Below, piece after piece: positions 1 through 10,600 of a stretch of 44,471 nucleotides of DNA. The notes beneath the pieces were generated by a model that was given only the letters and a program-made list of their open reading frames with translations, did not search any database and had not been told where the DNA came from. The stretch covers positions 1 through 44,471 of the forward strand of contig PWMT01000027.1 of assembly GCA_003558085.1 (NCBI GenBank), given 5' to 3'. This DNA comes from Methanobacteriaceae archaeon (GTDB lineage Archaea; Methanobacteriota; Methanobacteria; Methanobacteriales; Methanobacteriaceae). Within the stretch, counting starts at the first letter, position 1. Every line of letters begins with the position of its first letter. Position numbers and translations under genes: made by a program.

Positions 1-21
1 TCGAAATCCCTATCCGCCGCA
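1..21 (+). tRNA. Possible 3' end of a tRNA cut by the window edge
   Basis: TCGAAATCCC resembles a T-loop/T-stem. It is followed by GC-rich CCGCCGC+A (acceptor strand plus discriminator) and then AT-rich DNA. The spacing is not perfectly canonical, and it could instead be a CDS end (SKSLSAA*). Confidence 0.3.
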
Positions 22-155
22 TAATAGTTAACAAGGGCGATTCTGAATAAAAATTTCCTTTTTTTTCTAACCTAAATATTAAAATACGTAATTTACAAGT
101 TAATTACAATTATATTCATATTTAATAAGTTTTAATTCAATTTTAAGGTTTGAGC

Positions 156-1367
156 ATGGTATTAATAATTGATCCTCAAAATGCAGGAATATCAGGAAAT
201 ATGGTAGTAGGAGCACTTATTGATTTAGGAGCTCATATTAATGAGACCCAGGAATTGATGGAGCATTCTTCTTCGTTTTATGGTGGTGCAAACATCAATA
301 TTTCCAAGGTTAATTCATCAGGAATTAAAGCCACCTTAGTAGAGGTAAAAAGTGAAATAAACTATTCTATTTCTTATAAAAAATTCCAGAATAAACTAAA
401 TGAACTCCAACATGATCTGCTAGAACCAGAAATGTTGGAATTTGCACGTAGAGTATTCCATACCCTAGCTTGGAGTGAAGCAAAAGTACATGGAATTTCT
501 CTAAACAAAATACATTTTCATGAAGTAGGTGCTGCCGATGCAGTTGCTGATGTAATTGGGGCCAGTTTTGCTTATCATCAATTAGGCCTGAATCAAGAAA
601 AGATTTATGCCTTGCCAGTAGCTTTAGGTGGGGGCACTATCAGAGCATCTCATGGTAGAATGCCTGTACCTGCTCCCGCTACTTTAAATATTCTAAAAGG
701 TGCCCTTACTTTTGGTGGTCCGGTTGAGAAAGAATTAACCACCCCTACCGGGGCTGCTATTTTAATGACCATGAAAGATGAATTCAAACCTTTTCAACCA
801 ATGCTAATTTCATCAAAAGTGGGTTATGGGTCAGGAAGCATGGATTTAGGCTTTCCTAATATATTGCGTATAATAAAAGGGCAGAATGCCCTTAAAGAGG
901 ATAAAATATCATTATTAGAGACTAATGTGGATCATCTAAGTGGTGAAGTGTTAGGCCATATATTTGAAATCTTAATGGAAGAGGGAGCATTGGATGTAAC
1001 TTTAATTCCCACCATAATGAAAAAAAATAGACCGGGTCAACTTTTAAGAGTCATATGTAAATCTAAAGACGCGGAAAATGTTACCAGAACCTTATTCAAA
1101 GAAACTGGAACTTTAGGTGTTAGAAATTTTCCCTTAGTGCATCGAAGCATACTTAAACGCAAGATCATAACCCTGGAGGTAAATATCAAAGGTTTACAAA
1201 AATTGAAATTTAAATTAGGCATGCTTGGTTCACGAATCATAACTTCCCGGGTAGAATATGAAGATGCAAGACGTGTATCGCAGCAAACCGGCATACCTTT
1301 AAAGGATATTATTAAAATGGCTGACCAAGCTCTTAAAAATTATCTTAAAAATCAAGATAGGTCTTAA
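156..1367 (+). CDS. larC: Nickel pincer cofactor biosynthesis protein LarC (nickel insertion)
   Basis: GISGNMxxGALIDLG N-terminus, HFHEVGAADAVAD, ELTTPTGAA, LETNVD, MKKNRPG and ETGTLGVR motifs. ATG at 156 preferred over TTG at 150. Confidence 0.93.
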   Translation: MVLIIDPQNAGISGNMVVGALIDLGAHINETQELMEHSSSFYGGANINISKVNSSGIKATLVEVKSEINYSISYKKFQNKLNELQHDLLEPEMLEFARRVFHTLAWSEAKVHGISLNKIHFHEVGAADAVADVIGASFAYHQLGLNQEKIYALPVALGGGTIRASHGRMPVPAPATLNILKGALTFGGPVEKELTTPTGAAILMTMKDEFKPFQPMLISSKVGYGSGSMDLGFPNILRIIKGQNALKEDKISLLETNVDHLSGEVLGHIFEILMEEGALDVTLIPTIMKKNRPGQLLRVICKSKDAENVTRTLFKETGTLGVRNFPLVHRSILKRKIITLEVNIKGLQKLKFKLGMLGSRIITSRVEYEDARRVSQQTGIPLKDIIKMADQALKNYLKNQDRS

Positions 1368-1425
1368 ATTCTTATATCCTAAAAATTAGTATCTTATTTT
1401 ACAACCGTGTATTAAGGAGTTTTAA

Positions 1426-2106
1426 ATGTTACCTTCTAAAGAGAAAGCAATAGCTGTACTTTCCGGTGGCCTGGATTCCACGGTAGCCACCACCTACTTT
1501 AAAGATCAATATGAAATTCATGCACTGACCTTTGATTATGGGCAGAGAAGTGCTAAAAGAGAGATAGAAGCATCCAGATACATATCTCGAGAATTAAAAA
1601 TAGATCATTCTATTCTAAATTTAAAATGGTTAGGTGAGTTAGGAAAATCAGCCCTGACTGATAAGGATCAACAGATCCCTCAGCCCAAAAAGAAGCATCT
1701 TGATGATAAAGTATTAGGTGATCGAAGCGCCCGTAAAGTATGGGTTCCCGGGAGAAATGTGGTATTTACTGCTATTGCAACTGCTTTTGCTGAGGCAGAA
1801 AATGCCACAAAAATAATTGTGGGATGGGATTTAGAAGAAGCCTCCACTTTTCCTGATAATTCTCGTGAATTTTTAGAGGCTTTCAATCAAACCTTAAAAA
1901 TAGGCACATGGGAGGGGGTGCAAATAGAAGCTCCACTGATAGACTTATCCAAAACAGATATAGTACTTTTAGGTGAAAAAATTGGAGCTCCCCTGCAAAT
2001 GACTTACTCCTGTTATATGGGGGAAAAATATCATTGTGGAAGTTGTGAATCTTGTATGAGAAGAAAAAGAGCTTTTGAAGCTGCTAATATTGATTTATCG
2101 AAATAA
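1426..2106 (+). CDS. queC: 7-cyano-7-deazaguanine (preQ0) synthase QueC
   Basis: SGGLDS PP-loop, DYGQR, VPGRN, FPD and the C-terminal zinc motif TYSCY...CGSCESC. SD AGGAG upstream. Confidence 0.95.
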   Translation: MLPSKEKAIAVLSGGLDSTVATTYFKDQYEIHALTFDYGQRSAKREIEASRYISRELKIDHSILNLKWLGELGKSALTDKDQQIPQPKKKHLDDKVLGDRSARKVWVPGRNVVFTAIATAFAEAENATKIIVGWDLEEASTFPDNSREFLEAFNQTLKIGTWEGVQIEAPLIDLSKTDIVLLGEKIGAPLQMTYSCYMGEKYHCGSCESCMRRKRAFEAANIDLSK

Positions 2107-2400
2107 AATTTTTTCAAAATTTAAAAAAAATAAAACTTTAACGGATCTCAATTATAATATTAGGAAAAAATATGGTAACAATCTAGGCTAAAAACTATAA
2201 TTGCTTATGACTAATCTATAAATCTTTCTAATTCCACCAATTTATCAGCTAAAGTTAAAATAAAGGGTCTAGAATTGTATTAGATTGAATATATAAATTA
2301 TATATCATAGAAAATAAATAATGTAATGATAGAAATGTCCTTTATATATAATTAAATGGTGGAGGGGGCATAAATTACTAAAAAATTAATTCTAAGTCTT

Positions 2401-3777
2401 ATGGTTATATTATGCTTAATTAGCATAATGAATATAAATGGGATCTATTCTGCAGAAGTAAATGATGATATTATAACTATAGAAGAAGAAACTGATGATC
2501 TTATAACTAGGGGAAATATTGAAAATACAAAAGAAGAACCTGAATCTTATGCAAATAAGCAGCTACAAACCAATAATCCTATACTTAGCCCTACCAGTAA
2601 TTCCTATTCTGTAGCTCATGTGCAAGATGCTTCAGTTAGGGTGAGGAATTTTATTGAAAATCGTGGAAGGTTGCCTAATTTTGTAACTATCAATAATCGT
2701 CAAGTGGAAATGGCTGATTTTTTATATATGTTGAGCACTACTACTCTTAATCTGCATGAATCTCAATTTGGCCCTATAGTCCAGTATAGTGTGATGGGGC
2801 CTATTTCTAGTTTTGATCAAGTTGATCGGGGTAATATTCAAAGGGTTGAATATTTGCAGTTGGCGCAGGGGATTAATGATCGGATTGCAGGTAGTGGTCA
2901 GGCTCCTTCTTATTTTAGTTCTAGTCGTGGTGTTTTAGGTTATGAGTCGTTAATTCATCTTTATTCTAGAATAAATGCTTTTTATTTTACACATCATAGA
3001 TTACCCAATTTTGCTAATGTGTCTCCCTGGACCGGAGAAAAATTACCAGATATTCCTCCAGTACCGATAGTAAGCGATTATAAAATTGAACTTTTAATAC
3101 TGGGTACTGGTGGAGATGTTACCAAAAATCCAGAGATTAATGAATATATCCCTCTTACCTCTTTATCCGAAGTAATATTCGAATATGCCATGATAGGTAC
3201 ACCAATACTTGAATTTGGCGACGGAGATGGTGAAAAACTGTTAATATTGGCTGGAATTCATGGAAACGAAGCAGAATCGAACATATCTCTCATGAAATAT
3301 TTGGAATATATCAAAGATCTGAATTTCCAAGGAACAATATATGCAATACCCTTTGCCATTCCTTACAGTACTTCTATAAATAGTAGAAACTGGAAAGGAC
3401 AAGACCCCAATAGGAATGCTAATATCCCTGGAACACCGGGCTGGTTAATTTTGCAATATGCCCAAGATAATGGAGTATCATATATTTTAGATGTGCATTC
3501 TGGTGGAGATTTAACAGATTATTCTCATGGTTTAATCTATACTTCAACATCAAAAGAGGACCTTCAATGGGCTAATTATATTAATTCACAAGTAGGAAGT
3601 GCAGTGGAACAGGGAAGTCCTCACTTAGGCATGATAAGTTTTGGTGCTCGTGAATTAGGTATCAATACCTTAACCCTTGAAGTAGAAAGGGATTTGGGTT
3701 GTACTTTAGAGTGGGCTAATGTTCAATTTGAAATGATAAAAGTAGCATGCAATTATTTATTTGCAGAACTAATATAA
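2401..3777 (+). CDS. Secreted pseudomurein-binding-repeat protein with C-terminal M14/succinylglutamate-desuccinylase-like zinc peptidase domain
   Basis: Hydrophobic N-terminus; repeats ending GRLPNFV, GQAPSYF and HRLPNFA (pseudomurein-binding type); catalytic-type motifs GIHGNE, DPNR, LDVHSG and a downstream Glu (TLEVE). The true start may be ATT at 2374. Confidence 0.8.
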   Translation: MVILCLISIMNINGIYSAEVNDDIITIEEETDDLITRGNIENTKEEPESYANKQLQTNNPILSPTSNSYSVAHVQDASVRVRNFIENRGRLPNFVTINNRQVEMADFLYMLSTTTLNLHESQFGPIVQYSVMGPISSFDQVDRGNIQRVEYLQLAQGINDRIAGSGQAPSYFSSSRGVLGYESLIHLYSRINAFYFTHHRLPNFANVSPWTGEKLPDIPPVPIVSDYKIELLILGTGGDVTKNPEINEYIPLTSLSEVIFEYAMIGTPILEFGDGDGEKLLILAGIHGNEAESNISLMKYLEYIKDLNFQGTIYAIPFAIPYSTSINSRNWKGQDPNRNANIPGTPGWLILQYAQDNGVSYILDVHSGGDLTDYSHGLIYTSTSKEDLQWANYINSQVGSAVEQGSPHLGMISFGARELGINTLTLEVERDLGCTLEWANVQFEMIKVACNYLFAELI

Positions 3778-3795
3778 CTTTTAAATAAAAATAGT

Positions 3796-3822
3796 GAAGG
3801 GAGTTTTTTTTTTATACCCTTC
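3796..3822. terminator. Hairpin/T-tract between convergent genes
   Basis: GAAGGG...CCCTTC inverted repeat enclosing a long T run, between the stop codons at 3777 and 3853. Confidence 0.45.
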
Positions 3823-3852
3823 TAAGATTGTTTTATTTTTAGGCGAATCCCA

Positions 3853-5574
3853 TTAGTTTATAACCATCAAGGTATCTCCAGCGTTAACGGTTTCACCTTC
3901 AGCAGTTAATATTTTATCTACCTTTCCACCATGAGTGGCATAAATATCATTCTCCATTTTCATAGCTTCAATAACTGCCACTACATCCCCTTCGTTAACC
4001 TTGTCCCCAGGGTTGACTTTTAATTTAAGAATCATGCCCTGCATAGTGGAAGATACACCACCCTCCATTGGTCCTGAGTTAGCAGAAGATTCAGATGCTT
4101 CTTCAATAGCCATGTATCCTGTGGGAACAATTTTCACATTGAATAGATCACCATCTACCTCTACACTGTATTCGGATGGTATTTCACCTGGAGATGCCTG
4201 TTCATTGGTATCTTGCGGCGGCTCAATAGTCTCTTCTTCACCCTCTCCTTTTAAAAATTTAGGAGCTACAGCCGGATAAAGGGCTAAGGTAAGAACATCT
4301 TCTTCTTTAGATATAAGACCGGCTTCTTCTCCTTCTTCCTTATATCTTTCAAATTGAGGTTCTAGAATATCTGCTGGTCGGCTATCTATAGGTTTCTCAT
4401 CACCAATAATTTTTTCAGCTATTTGCTTGTCCACCGGTGCAGGTGGCTTACCATAATATCCTTTGAAATATTCTTTTACTTCATTAGAAACCATTTTATA
4501 TCTTTCTTCGCCTAAAACATTCATTACGGCCTGAATACCTACAATTTGACTGCTGGGTGTTACCAAAGGAGGGTAACCCATTTCTTTACGTACCTTCGGC
4601 ATTTCTTTTAAAACATCCTCATAGCGGTCCAGAGCATTTTGCTCTTTTAATTGGGATACTAGATTAGATAACATCCCACCAGGTATTTGATAAATTAATA
4701 CATCAGTATCTATTTTTTCAGCTATAGGATCCAGCAAACTACTATATTTCTTTCTTATATCCTCAAAATACTTTTTAATTTCAGTTAAGCTCACCAGATC
4801 TATACCAGTATCATAGGGAGTGTCCTTTAAAGCAGCTACTATACTTTCTGTAGGGGGCTGTGAGGCACCCCAGGCTAAGGGAGAAATAGCTGTATCTAGA
4901 ATGTCGACTCCGGCCTGACAAGCTGCATAATAACTCATAGGAGTCATTCCACTGGTACAGTGACAATGTAGGTTTACCATTAAATCGGTTTCTTCTTTCA
5001 ATTTCTTTACTAATTGATAAGTATCAGTGGGGGTGATTAAACCCGCCATATCTTTAATGGCTATAGAATCACAATCAAGTGCTTCTAATTCATGGGCAAA
5101 TTCCACATAGCTTTCTAGAGTATGATAGGGACTGGTAGTATAACTTAATACTCCCTGAACATGTGCTCCTTGGTCTTTTGCAATTTTGATAGAATATTGC
5201 ATATTACGTACATCATTCAACGCATCAAAAATTCTAAAAATATCTATACCATTTTCATAAGATTTTTCCACGAATTTTTTAACTATATCGTCAGGATAAT
5301 GCTTGTAACCTACCAGGTTTTGTCCCCGGAGAAGCATTTGGAGGGGTGTTTTTTTCGCGTGTTCCTTAAGACTACGTAGTCTTTCCCACGGATCTTCGTT
5401 TAGATATCTTATACATGTATCAAAAGTCGCACCACCCCAACTTTCCAGAGCATGAAACCCTATCTTATCCATTTCTTCTACAATAGGAAGCATATCTCGG
5501 GTTCTCATCCTGGTGGCCAGAAGTGATTGGTGTGCGTCTCGAAGTGCAGTCTCTACGATTTTTATTTTTTTCAT
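3853..5574 (-). CDS. pycB: Pyruvate carboxylase subunit B (carboxyltransferase plus biotin carrier)
   Basis: ETALRDAHQSLLATR, WGGATFD, IKDMAG, HCHCT, PGGMLSNL and the C-terminal EAMKM biotinylation motif. Start at MKKIKIV (5574) with SD GTGAGG. Confidence 0.93.
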   Translation of the reverse strand: MKKIKIVETALRDAHQSLLATRMRTRDMLPIVEEMDKIGFHALESWGGATFDTCIRYLNEDPWERLRSLKEHAKKTPLQMLLRGQNLVGYKHYPDDIVKKFVEKSYENGIDIFRIFDALNDVRNMQYSIKIAKDQGAHVQGVLSYTTSPYHTLESYVEFAHELEALDCDSIAIKDMAGLITPTDTYQLVKKLKEETDLMVNLHCHCTSGMTPMSYYAACQAGVDILDTAISPLAWGASQPPTESIVAALKDTPYDTGIDLVSLTEIKKYFEDIRKKYSSLLDPIAEKIDTDVLIYQIPGGMLSNLVSQLKEQNALDRYEDVLKEMPKVRKEMGYPPLVTPSSQIVGIQAVMNVLGEERYKMVSNEVKEYFKGYYGKPPAPVDKQIAEKIIGDEKPIDSRPADILEPQFERYKEEGEEAGLISKEEDVLTLALYPAVAPKFLKGEGEEETIEPPQDTNEQASPGEIPSEYSVEVDGDLFNVKIVPTGYMAIEEASESSANSGPMEGGVSSTMQGMILKLKVNPGDKVNEGDVVAVIEAMKMENDIYATHGGKVDKILTAEGETVNAGDTLMVIN

Positions 5575-5932
5575 ATTGACCCTCACGAAAATATATGTAA
5601 ACAATTTTTGGAAGGTTATAATATCTCTATATACTTAGTAACTACTACCTTAAATACTTCTCAAAAGATGCTTTTAAGTAGTTACCTACATTTCCAGTTT
5701 AAATAAAAAAGTAAAATATTGAGTAATAAAAATTGATTAAAATATATTCCGATTTAACTAAATAACCTTTAACTAAGCATTTATATCCAATCACTTAGAA
5801 TAATTTAAAAACTATTTTTAAATCATAATTTTTATATTTTAAGTAGTGATAATATAATTTTTTAAGCTATATAACTTATAATTATCTAATTCTAGTTTTA
5901 AAATAATATAGTTGCCTGAAATATAAATTTCT

Positions 5933-7489
5933 CTAAACTAAAACCTGATAAACTACAAACTCCTGATTTTCATATATTTTTTCCCAGTAATTATAATCTA
6001 AATTAGCAATATTAATTTTTTCCGAATTATAAAATAAGAATTGATTATTCACATTCCAAAAAGAATCAGGGGACGCCGTGAAGTTCAATTTTTTATCATA
6101 TACCACTATATCTATTTGATTTGTAATTAGATCGGACTCATTTAGTATTCCACTATGCTGTCTATGTAAAAGATTAGATACTGGGATAGGGGTGTAAGAT
6201 AAAATAAAAATTGAGGTATAATAATTAGAAAAGGTAGCAACTTGGTTTTCATTAACATTTTGCTGCATCCAATTCCCTAATTCTATTTCTCCCCTAGAAG
6301 GAGGGGCTATATCTACAGTTTTTATAGGTGTTTCAGCTCCAAATTCGGTTACTTTTGTACTTGAAAAGGTTGAATATCCTTGAAATATGGAAAAAATTAC
6401 TATAAGGACTAAAATCAAATAACCTATTTTTGAATAAAGCTTATCTTGAGATTTGAACCAAAAAATGATGTTTTTTAAACCATAAGCTGCTATTATTGAA
6501 ATAGGAATTAATATGTAAACTAAAACCCTATATGAGATCACATTAACCCCTACTAGATAACTTTGAGATAAAAAGAGCATGGAAAGGATCCAGGTGATTA
6601 TGAAGATATCCTTTAATCGTAACTTAATCAAAGCACCATATCCTCCTATAATGGATAAAAATAGTAGCAAATATCCAAATGCGCCGGGATAATTTATAAT
6701 ATTCATAGGTACTGCACTAGAAAGAGCAGTGCTCACCCCTCCTTGGGCAGTACTTAGAGTAAAATAGATGGCAGGAATCCACCACCATGCCGCTAATATC
6801 ACGCCACTGATCATATAAAACAAGTAATTCAGTAGGGATCCTTTTAGATTAATAAATCTTGCCGGGTTAAACATATTTTTTATAAGCAAAACCAAAGTGA
6901 TGGAACTTACCGCCACTAGCAAACAAAAGGTGGCGGCCTGATGGATAAGAGCCATCAATCCCATAATCAGACCAGCTAAAATAGCGAATTTATAATTCTT
7001 ATACTGGAAGGAGTGATAATAGAAATAAATACTAAGGGGTAAAAATATTAAAGCCAAATTTTCTGGTAAAGGTAATATAATGCGACTGATCAATACACTG
7101 GAAAATATAATTATTCCTGCCAGCACACCGGTAAACTTCCCATAAAACTTAAAGGCGGTTAGAGAAGTGGATAAAATAATAAAACTGGCTACTAATGGTT
7201 GTAATGCTCTGGCTACTTGAAAATTGTTTAAATTGAATAGCATACCTCCCCCTGCTAATAAAAGATGAAAAAGAGGAGGATAATTTATAACATTATCATT
7301 AAGAGGATTAAGCAAAGGGTTGATAAACACTAGTCCTTGGCTAGTATAAACTTGGGCCAGGTGAAGATGATAAAATATATCCCAACTAAATGGCCACTGA
7401 TTTGTTAAGGTGGGGATTAGGGCCATAATAAACGCTAGGACTGCGGGCACTGCTAGAACCAAATTATTTTTTATAATCTCTGACCGCAT
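5933..7489 (-). CDS. Polytopic membrane protein, GT-C glycosyltransferase-like
   Basis: About 12 TM helices, first external loop WDIFYH...YPPLFH, and a soluble C-terminal domain ending KIYENQEFVVY. Confidence 0.65.
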   Translation of the reverse strand: MRSEIIKNNLVLAVPAVLAFIMALIPTLTNQWPFSWDIFYHLHLAQVYTSQGLVFINPLLNPLNDNVINYPPLFHLLLAGGGMLFNLNNFQVARALQPLVASFIILSTSLTAFKFYGKFTGVLAGIIIFSSVLISRIILPLPENLALIFLPLSIYFYYHSFQYKNYKFAILAGLIMGLMALIHQAATFCLLVAVSSITLVLLIKNMFNPARFINLKGSLLNYLFYMISGVILAAWWWIPAIYFTLSTAQGGVSTALSSAVPMNIINYPGAFGYLLLFLSIIGGYGALIKLRLKDIFIITWILSMLFLSQSYLVGVNVISYRVLVYILIPISIIAAYGLKNIIFWFKSQDKLYSKIGYLILVLIVIFSIFQGYSTFSSTKVTEFGAETPIKTVDIAPPSRGEIELGNWMQQNVNENQVATFSNYYTSIFILSYTPIPVSNLLHRQHSGILNESDLITNQIDIVVYDKKLNFTASPDSFWNVNNQFLFYNSEKINIANLDYNYWEKIYENQEFVVYQVLV

Positions 7490-7800
7490 ATAATCACTAA
7501 TATTATAATTATAGGGGATAAATTACTATTTATTCAAATTATATAGTATCTCTATTTAAATTATAGGTGAATAATTAAACTTTATTCGAAATATAAAGGA
7601 TTGCTAATCTTTATTTAAAGATTATAAAAAAATTTTAATTTATTTTTTCTAATTTAAATCAGCCATGATTTTAAAAGGATTACCCTTAAGATTTTAAAAA
7701 ACTTTGAAATCGTTATATTCATATAATTAAAAATTGTACTTAATATATTCATTTAATTATTGTCAAGTACTTAACTAAAAAAATTAGAAGGGAGATTAGA

Positions 7801-7986
7801 ATGGCTAAAGTAATTGTAGATCATGAAAATTGTGAAGCACCAGAATGTGGTGAATGTGTAGATGTCTGCCCTATGGAAATTCTAGTCCTAGATGGAGATC
7901 AAATTAAGATACAGCATCCAGAAGAATGTAATGAATGTGAAGTATGTATGGATGTTTGTCCAGAAGAATGTATAGAAATAAATTAA
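7801..7986 (+). CDS. 2[4Fe-4S] ferredoxin
   Basis: CEAPECGECVDVCP and CNECEVCMDVCP motifs; acidic 61-aa protein; SD GGGAG. Confidence 0.93.
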   Translation: MAKVIVDHENCEAPECGECVDVCPMEILVLDGDQIKIQHPEECNECEVCMDVCPEECIEIN

Positions 7987-8074
7987 ATAATTTTTTTTGT
8001 CGGGATCTTTATCTAATATTATTTTTTTTAAAAAAGAAATTCATCAGGCAAGGTTGTAATGCTTTTTTAATTAA

Positions 8075-9169
8075 TTATCTTTCCAGATTGCCTTGGATGA
8101 ATTCATTCACTTTTTCAGCAGCTTTATCATCATTGAATTGTTGTGGCGGATGTTTCATAGTATAAGAAGATATGGAGGTTAAAGCTCCACCTATTCCTCT
8201 ATTTAAGGCTAATTTACAACACCTGATAGCATCTATTACGCATCCGGCAGAGTTAGGAGAATCTTCCACGCTCAATCTCAATTCTATTTCCATAGGAATA
8301 TCCCCAAAGGTTCTACCTTCCATGCGCAAGAAACAGACTTTATTATCTTTCTGCCAGGGCACATAGTCACTGGGACCTATATGAATATTATGTGGTTTCA
8401 TTCTCTTTCCTAAAACTGACTGCACCGCTTCTGTTTTAGACTCCTTTTTAGAATCTAAACGATCACGGTTGAGCATATTAAGAAAATCAGTATTTCCTCC
8501 AGTATTAAGTTGATAAGTACGATCTAATTTAACTCCTCTTTCTCTAAATAAACTGGCCAAGGTACGATGGGTAATAGTGGCTCCAATTTGGGCTTTAATA
8601 TCATCTCCTACAATGGGAATACCTTTTTCATGAAACTTAGCTGCCCAATCAGGGTCACTGGCTATAAAAACTGGTATATTATTTATAAAGGCCACTTCTG
8701 CATCCAAACAACACTGGGCATAGAAACGGGTTGCTTCTTCTGATCCTACAGGAAGGTAACTTAAAACGATTTCAGCCCCACTCTTTTTCAAGGTTTCCAC
8801 TACGTCCACTGGTTCTTCCTCTGCAATTAAAAAAGTATAATCATCTTCATATTTTTCCATGTGACTGGCCACGCCATCCATGAGGTGTCCCATAGATACT
8901 TTAACCCCACTAAGGGGTAGATCCTTGGAGAAGACCGTGGTACAATTAGGTTGGGAAAAAATGGCTTCATTAACATCTTTACCTACTTTACGTTTATCTA
9001 TATCAAAGGCAGCTACTACTTCTATGTCACTGGGTAGATATCCGCCTATTTCCCAGTGCATTAATCCAATAGCATCCTCTGATCCTTTATTCTGATAGTA
9101 ATGTATTCCTTGGATGAGGGAACTGGCACAATTACCCACACCGATTATTGCAATTTTTATTTTATCCAA
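8075..9169 (-). CDS. ino1: myo-inositol-1-phosphate synthase
   Basis: GVGNCASSL Rossmann motif, YLPVGSEEA, GDDIKAQIGAT, QLNTGGNTDF, SKKESKT and EDSPNSAG. TTG start at 9169 with SD GGGTG. Confidence 0.95.
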   Translation of the reverse strand: MDKIKIAIIGVGNCASSLIQGIHYYQNKGSEDAIGLMHWEIGGYLPSDIEVVAAFDIDKRKVGKDVNEAIFSQPNCTTVFSKDLPLSGVKVSMGHLMDGVASHMEKYEDDYTFLIAEEEPVDVVETLKKSGAEIVLSYLPVGSEEATRFYAQCCLDAEVAFINNIPVFIASDPDWAAKFHEKGIPIVGDDIKAQIGATITHRTLASLFRERGVKLDRTYQLNTGGNTDFLNMLNRDRLDSKKESKTEAVQSVLGKRMKPHNIHIGPSDYVPWQKDNKVCFLRMEGRTFGDIPMEIELRLSVEDSPNSAGCVIDAIRCCKLALNRGIGGALTSISSYTMKHPPQQFNDDKAAEKVNEFIQGNLER

Positions 9170-9658
9170 TTGAAACACCCAAATTTCTTTAAAAAAATAT
9201 GATGTTATCTAAAAAATTAATGTCATGATCATAATCTTTTACTAGATAATCCAAATTTAAGTAAACTTATATTCTTTTTGATGGAGAGTACAAATAAATG
9301 CTTTTTCATATATTTAGATGATGAGATAAGATAAAATTTACTCCCTAAATCAATATTTCAAACCCCATAATTAATTAACAAAGTTAATTCGTTAATAAAA
9401 CATTATAAGCATTATGGTCTAACTATGCATTATTTAGTTTTTTAATTGGCTTTATATAATATTAAATGTTTCGTTTATACTTATTTTTTTGCTTAATTGA
9501 TTTTTAAACCATTAAATAAGATTAAAATTAATTTATTTTAAATAAAATAGGAATATAGATTGCATAAAATAGATGGATAAATGTTTTTAATGAATTTAAG
9601 ATAAATATTTTAGGTGGTAGCTAATGTGTTTACTTTCTTTTTTTAGAATTTATTTTCT

Positions 9659-10600
9659 CTAAATTAAAACCACCCTTAAAAATACGAATAACCACCATAA
9701 CAACATAAGTATGGTACTTTTTAAATGGGGCAACGATTTTTTAAAACCATCTTTTAAATCAGAATTCAGACTCCAGTGAATAATAATTATTAAAAGCAGT
9801 AAAAGAGTTGCAATACCTCCTAAAATATTTAATGGATTATTTAAATAACTAAATATCCAAAAAAAAGTAGTAATAAGAATTCCAAGCCACATTACCGGAT
9901 TTAAACTTTCAAATACTTTAATAGCAAGTTTCAAGTTTTCTTCAAATTTACGGGCCTTTAAGAGTAGACCATAGATAGCTAGATACACTCCCAGGGCTAG
10001 AATAATACCTACAAACTGGGGAAAGACTTCTACTACAGGCACCTGGAAGAAGCCAGCTTTCAGTATAGGTAACAATATCAAGGCATTTAATGCTTCATCC
10101 AAGGGAAAGGTTTCTATATCTCCCACTGCCAGTGAATAAAAACCCTGATTTTCATTATTGAATACCCGAATATAATAGGTACCTGGCTCTACAGTCTGAT
10201 TATATTCAGGGCCTTGCAAGTAATTATCTCCTCCAAAAGGTTCAAAAAATGGTTTCCAATCATAATTTATCCCATCCAAGAGGACTATGACATTTAAATT
10301 TTCATCTAATATCTCAGCCGATACCAGTTTCTCTCCTGATCCGGGAGTATCGGGCACCAGTAAATTCACATATAATCGAAATTCTTCATTACTAGTTATT
10401 TTATAATAAGCCGGGCTTCCCTTAAGTTCACCATAAAAAGCCTGGGAAATTTCAGGATTATCCACTAGTATGGGATTTTCCAGGGAACTGTCCTCACGGG
10501 CTAAACGAGGCTGATGGGCATTACTCCAGGATAGAGATATTAAAAGAATTAATAAAATAATTACTAAACTTGTCCGTTGATAGAAAGTTCCGGCTTTCAT
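9659..10600 (-). CDS. Hypothetical membrane protein with N-terminal extracellular beta domain
   Basis: Signal peptide, soluble domain (FFEPFGGDNY, PGTYYIRVF) and about 4-5 C-terminal TM helices. Confidence 0.75.
   Translation of the reverse strand: MKAGTFYQRTSLVIILLILLISLSWSNAHQPRLAREDSSLENPILVDNPEISQAFYGELKGSPAYYKITSNEEFRLYVNLLVPDTPGSGEKLVSAEILDENLNVIVLLDGINYDWKPFFEPFGGDNYLQGPEYNQTVEPGTYYIRVFNNENQGFYSLAVGDIETFPLDEALNALILLPILKAGFFQVPVVEVFPQFVGIILALGVYLAIYGLLLKARKFEENLKLAIKVFESLNPVMWLGILITTFFWIFSYLNNPLNILGGIATLLLLLIIIIHWSLNSDLKDGFKKSLPHLKSTILMLLWWLFVFLRVVLI

Noticed and set aside
1426-2106. queC as part of a 7-deazaguanine DNA-modification or defence system
   Set aside because: Housekeeping context with no dpd, TGT-like or Qat partners; best explained by archaeosine precursor synthesis.
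3853-5574. Na+-pumping oxaloacetate decarboxylase alpha subunit
   Set aside because: No oadB/oadG nearby; in Methanobacteriales this architecture is pyruvate carboxylase subunit B.
1037-9095. Short ORFs opposite larC, queC, pycB and ino1, plus 7944..8165
   Set aside because: They overlap well-supported genes and lack SD or recognisable motifs.
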